A DNA stretch of 64,000 nucleotides from Eledone cirrhosa (Eukaryota). The translations under genes were made by a program, and so were the position numbers. Positions 54,308 to 64,000 of the stretch are shown here, piece after piece (position 1 is the stretch's first letter; every line of letters begins with the position of its first letter). The DNA lies in contig OZ024742.1 of assembly GCA_964016885.1 (NCBI GenBank), forward strand, positions 183,272,001 to 183,336,000, given 5' to 3'. Below the pieces are notes generated by a model. That model was not told the DNA's origin and did not search any database. It was given only the letters and a program-made list of their open reading frames with translations.

Positions 54308-54914
54308 GGTGGCTGCCAACTCGTTTTCGAGTACGGCAACTACTTTATATCCATCTAGGAGCACCCCTACCGATGCGCTGAACGAGTGTGACTTTTCAGT
54401 CCAGCCAGCGACTTAAAAACTCTGGTAAAAACACTACACTTGTGACAATTATTGACACATAGTGCTGGGCCCATGGTACCATGTGACGACAAGTGCAGAG
54501 AGATCTCCAGATATAAAGCAATGCCTGTGCCGTGAAGATTTTATAGTGAGCAAAAGCAATGCACAAAGCCAGTCCCACTCTCTTAACCAAGATGATATTT
54601 ACCAAAAAGAAGAACAAGTCAACATCATTGGATACCATCAGGGTTGCAGGTGTTATCTCAGAATTTTCCTTCTCCTAGAATTCTGCCTTGACAAAGGCTA
54701 AGGGGTCATCTCTCCCGGTGATTTTGGATGACCATTGACTCTTAACAGCTCCTTTGCCCTTTGACAGGTTTTGTTTTTAGTCCTGCAGGATGTCCAAAGT
54801 CACCCTCCTCACCAAGAAACCTTGGTGGGGTTGCCAGTTTAGTCGCCAACGACCCGACCATGAGACAGGTTGTACTGGGATACATGTTACCAGTAGCACC
54901 AACTGGTTTCCTGA
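54308..54914 (-). mobile_element. Non-autonomous RTE-derived short element, longest copy
   Basis: Matches 12703-13243 and fragments at 12395-12632. Confidence 0.65.
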
Positions 54915-54994
54915 CATACATACACATATATATTTTATATATACACGCATATTATATATACATATACACATATATTATGTCTTGCACATACTAA

Positions 54995-55425
54995 ACTGTC
55001 TACTGTCCCAACCGAGTCCTCCCAGAATTTGGTAGCGCTTGTTTCTTGTGATCGTTTGCTACTTACTGTCCCGGTGCAGCTGTAAAGCCTACATTCTTAG
55101 CTAAACTTCCAGAGATCCCACTACATCTCTTGTGTACCCATAATTTGCATTTGGGATAGAGGATGGAATTTCTACCTACACCTTCCTAAATATTGAACAA
55201 GCCATCTAGCTGAGGGGATTAGGGTTCTATTTTCTCTTCTACTTACTATCTCCTTAGTCTTTGTCAGGTTGACTTGAAGACCTTTTGTTTCTAGATCCTG
55301 TTTCCACGTTTGAAATTGTTTTTCTAGTTCCACCATAGATTCTGCTATGCGTGTAATATCATTCGTGTAGAGGAGTTTCCATGGGCATCCGGTCTTAAAC
55401 TCCTCTGTTATATCCTGTAGTACGA
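54995..55425 (-). mobile_element. RTE LINE RT/PHD fragment
   Basis: IVLQDITEEFKTGCPWKLLYTND...GLQVNLTKTK; CKLWVHKRCSG; homologous to 14840-15270. Confidence 0.85.
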
Positions 55426-55432
55426 TATATAT

Positions 55433-55677
55433 ATATAATATAAAACGAAAAATCAGTGATGCATCTGAACTCAATTTATTGTGTGTTACAATTGTTTCGC
55501 CGGCGGACAGCTCGAGAGAATACGCTCCGAAATCATTAGACGTGTCTGTCAAACCTGCGGGTCCAGAATCAGACAGATCCACACAATGATCGCGTCTCGA
55601 GCTGTCCGCCGGCGAAACAATTGTAACACACAATAAACAGTTCAGATGTATCACTGATTTTTCGTTTTATATTATAT
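55433..55677. repeat. Inverted repeat carrying a hammerhead 3' half
   Basis: 55433-55517 is inverted to 55595-55677; contains ggc-GAAA-caattg-TA-acacac. Confidence 0.8.
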
Positions 55678-55750
55678 CATACTCAGCTCTGTAAGAGCAT
55701 AGAGTGCTCAACCGGCATACCGCCTCTGGAAGCATCTTAGCTACCATCAG

Positions 55751-55781
<31 letters not shown>

Positions 55782-55845
55782 CACACACACATAAACATAT
55801 ACACAGATAAATACTTATATAAATACATGTTTTTATATATTTATC

Positions 55846-55883
<38 letters not shown>

Positions 55884-56019
55884 AACAATCGGAGAGCTGA
55901 GTAGACTGAAATTCTTAAGAAATGTAAAAATCCTAAACGCTGTAACCGCAGCCGATTGCTAATAAAATTAGCTCAGAAAATCGGGTAAAATATTCCTATA
56001 GATGGCAAGAAAGAGGCCA

Positions 56020-56089
56020 GCTGCTTCAGGGTATTGAACCCCGTACTTCTCAAATTCTGGGTGAACGCTTTAACCATAGAGCTAAACGG
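56020..56089 (-). pseudogene. tRNA-like remnant
   Basis: tttagctctatggttaaagcg...ggttcaataccc (A and B boxes); acceptor and anticodon stems are poor. Confidence 0.4.
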
Positions 56090-56399
56090 TATTTGACAAC
56101 AACGTCCGTCTAAATAGAAACCTAAGCAAGTAGATTGAATATAACCAACTTTTTAAAAATAAACCACTGACGATTACTATAAATAATATGTTAGAAAATC
56201 GAGTTGAAAAACACTGTAGACGGAAAAAAATGGTAACAGCAGCTACGAGAGTTCGAAATTCATATCTCTTTTCTCACCTCTCTGCTTAAGGACCTCAACA
56301 TTAATACTATCCAGACCAGGAGATTTATTATTATTTAATTTCTGAACAACAGAAGCTATATGATTTCCTGAATGTATGTATATATACATATATATCTAC

Positions 56400-56431
<32 letters not shown>

Positions 56432-56550
56432 TTACACATACATACACATACATACATATATATATCTACACATACATACATATATATATCTACACATACA
56501 TACATATATCTATCTACACATACATACATACATACATATATATATATATT

Positions 56551-56584
<34 letters not shown>

Positions 56585-56620
56585 CTACACATACATATAT
56601 ATATCTACACATACACACGT

Positions 56621-56660
<40 letters not shown>

Positions 56661-56719
56661 TATGAAATACTGTGTGCTTCTTGCTCATAATAATTTCTAT
56701 ACTTTTCATATATTTATAT

Positions 56720-56766
<47 letters not shown>

Positions 56767-56813
56767 GAAAAGTATAGAAATTATTATGAGCAAGAAGCAC
56801 ACAGTATTTCATA

Positions 56814-56993
56814 GTGGATTGGCAGTATCGGTAGAGGGTCGGACGCCATGCTTTCAAGCATAGTTACGTCCCTTTACGATCTGAGTTCAAATCCCGCCGA
56901 GGTTGACTTTGCCTTTCATCCTTACGGGGTCGATAAAATAAAGTACCAGTAATGCACTGGGTAATTGCTGGCCTTGTGCCTAAAGTAGAAACA
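56814..56993 (+). mobile_element. SINE family 1 with 11-bp TSD agtatttcata
   Basis: TSD at 56803-56813 and 56994-57004. Confidence 0.92.
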
Positions 56994-57727
56994 AGTATTT
57001 CATAATATATATATATATACACACACACACAGACGAGTGTGTATGTATGTGTAGATATATATGTATATATATATATCATAGTACTTAAAACTCTCATTAA
57101 CAGAATGAGCACCAAATATTATTCTGAGTAGAAAAGTGGGAGTGGGGTGAGAGGGAAACGGGAGGGGAAGAGAAGGAGAAAGGGAGGGGAAGAGAGAGTC
57201 ATGGGGTATGAATTTCTTTGGCTGTGGAGATGTTTGGAGAATTAAGAGTTGATGTAGGGGAGTGTCCCTGTAGTGCAAGCTGTGTGCTAAAATATAATAT
57301 ATATAACACTATAACGGAGCTAAATTGTATTTTTGAAAGATAAATGTGCGTGTGTTTGTGTGCTTCATACCAAGTTATATAACAATATGATCGCTATATA
57401 TGTCGCCAAGCCGAATACCACACACTGAGGTTGGTGCCAAAATATGTCACCCAACTTGGATATCACATACTGTGGTAGTTAAATATGCTACAACTGGTGT
57501 CTAATTATGCCACCCAAGCTAATATTCACCAGAGACTCGGATCGACTCATAACTTGTATATGAAATTGTTTGGAAGCCCGCCCAATGGATTGCACGAGTA
57601 ATTCAAGGGGCCAGCCTTGTAACACACCCTGTCATGCTAAATCTCCCTGAGAATTACGTGTCTATGGAATGCTCATCTACTTGAACCCCTACTATACACA
57701 CACATATATGTATATAAATACATGCAT

Positions 57728-57810
<83 letters not shown>

Positions 57811-58126
57811 CTAGCAGTGTATCCCGGCGTTGAACATTGGTAATAGCATCTCCAATGAGAAACGTTTATTTGTGAGTACCTCACGAAAATATACCGACAG
57901 GAATATAATAAATGTAATCTGAGATACCCCAAAACATTAGTGTCTGCAGTTCTGTTAAACATGCCAACATAAGAGCAAGAATGAGGGGCTCATTCTACTG
58001 ACATGGCTTTAAAAATGAGGCTTGTTTGCATAATTGCAAACGAATCGATTATTATTAATATTCGAAAAACTCAGATTACATTTATTGTTTTCAGCCATGT
58101 AGAGCGAAACATTCTTTTTATACATG

Positions 58127-58167
<41 letters not shown>

Positions 58168-58430
58168 ATAATATACAAATATATATAATATACAATAAGG
58201 TATGTCCATAGAATCATTTGATAAAATATATACATTATTTCCTCTCCCAATCAGCATAATCAACCACACAAAAAACCAATTAAACAAGGCTATAAGATTA
58301 AAAGACACCGATGAAGAAATGATGGATAAATGAACGACAGCTATCTATTGGCGATCAACAGCTATAGAATATTTACCCAGCATTTCTAATAGCACGTGGA
58401 AATCGCTTAAATATATCGTCAACCATACAC

Positions 58431-58476
<46 letters not shown>

Positions 58477-58812
58477 GGGGGTGCAATATATATCCGTGCT
58501 ACAATTTTATATAATTATTATATTAAATTATACTCTTTCGCTTTTTACCTGTTCCAGCCGACTGGCGGAGACCAATGTTGTTGTTGTTTTCTGTATAATG
58601 AAAAACCTATACCTACTTTTGCAAAACCCTGTATATTTTTATCGAAGTATCAATATAGAGAAGCTAGTATTTAAATTTTCAAGCCTGGTACTTGTTTTCA
58701 CTTATCTCTTTTTATCGAACCGCTACATTACAGAAGGGAAACAAACGCATACACACATACCTCAATAATTTGGTAGACGAAAACTGCAGAAGCCGTCATG
58801 TGCGTGTATGAG

Positions 58813-58859
<47 letters not shown>

Positions 58860-58916
58860 AGCCGGTCGTAGAAATAAATGGTTTTAACTGAGTAAAGCTT
58901 TTGGTCATTTCTTCTG

Positions 58917-58961
<45 letters not shown>

Positions 58962-61387
58962 GCGACACAAGTTTCTGCAATCTCCATTTACTATGTTTCA
59001 CTTCCAAGGCATCGGTCAACACGAAGCTATAGTAGAAGACACTTCTCCCATGGTTCAGCGCAGTGTATCTGAACTCAGAACTACATGGTTTGCGAAGGGA
59101 ACTCATTAGCCACACAGCCAGCCATACATGCGCCTGTATCAGCGTTGTGGATTGTATAAACATGTCATTAGCTTTATAATTGCTCAGATCCAATCTTGTC
59201 CAAGATCTGCAGTGAAAGATATGACTAGGGACTCTATCATTAAAACAAAATCTGTAGTCAGCAAAGACAACAATTTCAGAATCATTTCAGCATATTTTGT
59301 TTCTATCCCAAACCATTACCCGTCGCTAGAATTGATGTTATCCGTTGATCCAGTGATGTGATTTCCATCTTTCTCGTGATTAATCTACATTTTCATCGCT
59401 TCCACCAGTTATTATTCTATCTTTGAATGTTATCCCCAGTTTGATTATGGAAGTGTTTTGGGTGAAATTCTACTATATTTGTTGTGGACGCACGTGTGGC
59501 TGAGAGGTTAAGAAGTTTTGCTTCGCAATCATGAGGTCCCGAGTTCCAGGCTCTGGGCAAGTATCTTTACCATAGCCTTACAAGGCTAGGATTGATGCCT
59601 AGCAGTGTCTTTCATTAGAAATGTGGCAACGAAATGGTTAAGATGTACCTTTGACGGTAACCAGAATGCTTACATTGTTGAGAAAACATCCACATCTTCA
59701 GGAAGTTTCTCATCTCAAGGTCACAATCATTTTACCACTATGTCTTTTTTTTTTTTTTTTTTTCCTAAATTAATATAACGTAAGTATTGGTTAAATTATT
59801 TGTACTGAAACATTTGTAAAGTTATTAAATGATTTAAGAACTCTAGTCAATCACCTTAATTTGTTTTATATATATATAAAATAAAAAAGGTGTTAGATCT
59901 TCATAATATTTATTGAGGTGTGACGCACGTTTTGCTCAAGGCTCGATCTGTATCGATCGGGCCCGACTTTGGAATCAAAAGCTCATCGGACTTCTGTTAT
60001 GGCAACCCCAATAAATGTAATGAAGATCTAACACCTCGTCCTTATCATTACACTCTGCTTAGTACAAAACCAATATACCTACTGGAAACTACGTATTGAG
60101 TACTCACTTTGATGAACTTACAGTAACTGAACGTTACAATCCCTAAACTGTGTGTGTGTGTGTGTGTGAGTGTAAGATGTACATATATATACATACATGC
60201 ACATATATACACACACTGGGGTGAATACAAACGAAAGAAAAAAGAAATCAACACATGTGGCAGTTGAGAGTGTTTATGTTAACACCTTGACTTAGTTCTG
60301 CATTACCAGTGGTTTCATATATATAGATACGTCTAACCCCTTCAGGTGTCTGGAAATAAGGGCTCTGAATTGATGTGTGTTTATGTCTATGAAACCACTT
60401 GCAGTGTAGAAATAAGTCAAGCTGTTTATATACGCTCACACACATTGTTCATGAAAGTTTATAGTTGAATATTTAAAACTACTTGGTGTTCAGTTACAAA
60501 ATGAAAGCAGGGAGTTTTATTTATTTATTCAAAATAGCTAAAGGAATTTTATTCCCAGTTTCTAATCACTGTAACCTTACACTGTCACACTCCAGTGCAC
60601 TTTCTCAGCCATTTTATAAATGGTAAACCATACACAACTCTGTGGCACTGGTCTGTGACATTCACCCACTTCCACAAATTGTATGGCATGTAATGTATTT
60701 TCAATGGTTATGTTTATCCTAGATCCAGTGACTTTATAGAGAAATAAAAAAAAAACACCTAAAATAATTACTGTATAAAAAGAGACATTTTAGCCATTAG
60801 TATAAAACCTTCACACAAACCGTTAATTTTACTTTATATTTATCATTAATCATTTATTATATGGGGTCAGAATCCTGATCACACTGTCTGCGACCTGGTC
60901 ACTAACAGTTCCACTTTCCACACAGTACTTGCTTTAGTTTCAACACATGGTCTTAGATCACTTGCCAAACAAGTACAACTTTGAAATACCTACAATGATT
61001 TCTAGAAAAATGAACCAAAATATCAACAGACTAGAGAGCCGTTTTAAAGTGTTTATATTTATCTAAAAACTCTTCCATAATTTCATGTACGATATGCTCT
61101 AAACACGAACTTAATAAAGTTTGTTATTTTGCTAAATCCCTCCAAATTCATAATTCTTTTCAAAATTATTTGAAAACCATATGATATTTCTAAAGAAAGG
61201 GTTAAAATGTAATAGATTTAGACCAGTGTTGTTCAAACTATATGCTATGAGATGTAGTTCGGTACACAGCAAAGTAGCAGGATTCTCGGACAAATTCAAA
61301 TGAAAGTGAGAAAGATAGGCACATAGGGGGGGGGGGGGGGCTGTATTTAGATTGAATCATTTAGCATACATATACATGTCGGTTCAT

Positions 61388-61573
61388 AATTGTTTCTACT
61401 TTTGGCACAAGGCCAGCAATTATCCCAGTGTATAACTGGTACTTTATTTTATCGACCCCGTAAGGATGAAAGGCAAAGTTAACCTCGGCGGGATTTGAAC
61501 TCAGAATGGCAAGGGCCGTAACTCTATGCGTCAAAGCATGACGTCCGACCCTTTACCAATACTGCCAATCCAC
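61388..61573 (-). mobile_element. SINE family 1
   Basis: Consensus-like. Confidence 0.88.
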
Positions 61574-62868
61574 AATGATTGCAAGTGTTTCCAGGTGTCA
61601 TTCAAGTTTATATACTGCAATTCTGAGTATACAATATTTTGCAAGAATGCCATGAATGATATACACTATTATTTACTCTTTTTTTACTGTGATAATATAT
61701 ATTTAATTGCTAAATATGCTTATATCATGGCAAACAAGAAAAAAGGAAACAAAAAGAAAAAAAGGTGGTGGTGGTGGGGGGTTTCTCTACATTCCTGGTT
61801 GGTCAGAATATATGTGTGTGCATGCACATGCAAACCCTACACATTTAATTGGATGGTACAGCTTAGCTGCAGAGAACAGGTAGCAATACCCACTGCAGCA
61901 GCCATTCCACCCAACAAAGCCCCTTCCTCAGGTGAGATGTGTCGGAAATGGTGCCATGATGCAACTAATACACTCTGTGATGTGTTCACATTGAATAAAC
62001 GACAAGATAAGAGAGAGGGGGACCCTTCAGTCATGCCAGGCACATGACAACCTCACTAGTGCTGGTGCCATGATAAAATGCACCCAGCAAGCTCTGCAAG
62101 ATGGCTGATGTTAGAAAGGGTATCCGGCTGTTAAACCATGACAAAAAATGAAACATATGACCAGTCTATTCTCGGCCTGTGGCAACCTGTCAAAACTATG
62201 CTAGCATGGAAAAAAGACAATTATGATGGTGGTGCCTGTAACTCCTACAAATGATGATTCATAACACAGAAACAAAATGAAAGATAGCCTCCCCCAACAG
62301 AAGGGAACAAGAATTAAATTAATTCTATGCTGAGATGATAAAATGGGGAATGAAATATGTAAATGAATCTTGGATATAACCAAGTGATAACGTATGATAT
62401 TTTGTTGGAAGAAAATAATTAGCTAATGATGAGGGAGAGGAAACATTCACCACTATAATTAGGGGGTTTGATAAAAGATAAATTTATGCTTTGATATGAT
62501 CGAAAACACAGTTCAAGCTTACAAGAACTGGTGAGTGGAATACAGTTCAAGAGCTAAAAGTAAGATCAATAAATACATTAAATATTCTTCAGGAAACTAT
62601 AATTTAAAGGTAGAAATATCATCAATACAGACATACATACACGCAAACATATAACATTCTTTATTATGGCTAAATCCAGAGTAAGAAGAGTCATTTCTTA
62701 CTCATAATAAAAAATATTATTAATCTCTACTTTGGTGATGAGTGTTCATTTTTACATCATCAATATTACAGATTATACATATATATATTTCTTATAATAT
62801 TTGCTCTCTGAGTTTTATATTTATATAATCCTTATCGATCCCTCTTCAAATTTTAGTCTTCACATTAT

Positions 62869-63196
62869 CATCATTTTACGTCCTCTTTTCCCTGCTTGCA
62901 AGGGTGGGACAGGAACTGATTCTGGCTTGATTTCTACAGCTGGATGCCCTTCCTAACACCAACCTCATTTACAGTGAGTGTTGGGTGGTTTTTTGCCGTG
63001 GCACCTCCACAACCACTTTGCAGTGGAATGATATGAACCCCAGTCCCTATCATCTCATTTCTACAGCTGAGTAAACTGGAGCAATGTGAAATAAAGTGTC
63101 TTGCTCAAGGAAACAACACATCACCCGGTCTGAGAATTGAACTCACAACCTTTCGATTGCAAGGCCAATGCTCTAACCACTAAGCCATGTGCCTCC
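62869..63196 (-). mobile_element. SINE family 2
   Basis: Near-identical to 11058-11389. Confidence 0.88.
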
Positions 63197-64000
63197 ATAT
63201 ATATATATATATATATATAAGTTATATCTGAATAAATACAGTGTGTAACCGAGACAGCATCAATGTGTGTGTGTGTGTGTGTGTGCGTGTGCGTGTGCGT
63301 GTGCGTGTGCGTGTGCGTGTGCGTGTGTGTGTGTGTGTGTAGAAAGAAAAAGCGAGAGTGGGGGTTGAGAAATTGTATAGTTATGCATGAGAAGGCAGTG
63401 AAAAGATCAATACAGTGTATCCTATCTTTATTCCATCTAGTGGTAAGGTTTTATTTACACTGTAGACACTAAAACTACTGTTCAATCAATCCTTTATTCA
63501 ATGCAATGCTGTATTCATTTCAAATCCATCATAGAATCAGGAACAATGTACTAACTGTACTAACTGTGTATCTAAAGAGAATGCTCCCCATCATTTTTTG
63601 CAGTTAGGCATCTCAAACCATTTTGAAACCAATCCATTTGAAACTGTCACTGGTTCTATAATTCAAAGCTGTTAATTTTATAGTGATTACCATCATCATC
63701 GTTTTTAAATAGACTTTTCGATGCAAGCTTCGGTTGGACAGGACTTTTGAGGTAATGTTTTAAACACAAATGCCCTTCATGACACCAACCCTTTTGATCG
63801 CTTCTTACAACACACAGGTGTACATATCTTAAACCAGATATATTTACCTAAAAATCTCCAATCATAATTTTTTTTTAAGAACATTTGTTAAGTTATGGTC
63901 CAAACACCAGCTTAATAATGAGTATGTTAGATTTGCTAAATCCCTCCAAATTCTATATTTTTAGAATTATAGGCAGTGTATTATATGAAGTATGGGGTAA

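Noticed and set aside
56020-56089. Functional tRNA gene
   Set aside because: Cloverleaf stems are incomplete; treated as a remnant
59680-59712. cttcctgaagatg on the minus strand
   Set aside because: No GAAA/NUH half

Overview
AT-rich, repeat-saturated animal intergenic or intronic DNA. The microsatellite load and SINE repertoire suggest an octopod cephalopod (inference). I cannot support any intact host gene: nearly all ORFs in the track are translations of (TA)n, (CA)n or (GA)n runs. Recognisable content: many tRNA-derived SINEs of at least two families; fragments of RTE, CR1/L2 and CRE non-LTR retrotransposons; two Penelope-like GIY-YIG endonuclease fragments; MITEs; two long minisatellites. 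The most striking signal is a dense set of type I hammerhead ribozyme (HHR) motifs, about 15 intact or degenerate copies in at least 6 unrelated sequence families. Several show base-pair covariation. They lie in Penelope pseudo-LTR-like or retrozyme-like units, mostly inserted in (TA)n tracts and often arranged as foldbacks with an HHR on each strand. One non-coding family forms a head-to-tail repeat of about 422 nt and is a candidate circRNA-producing retrozyme. All structures were read by eye; none was computed.
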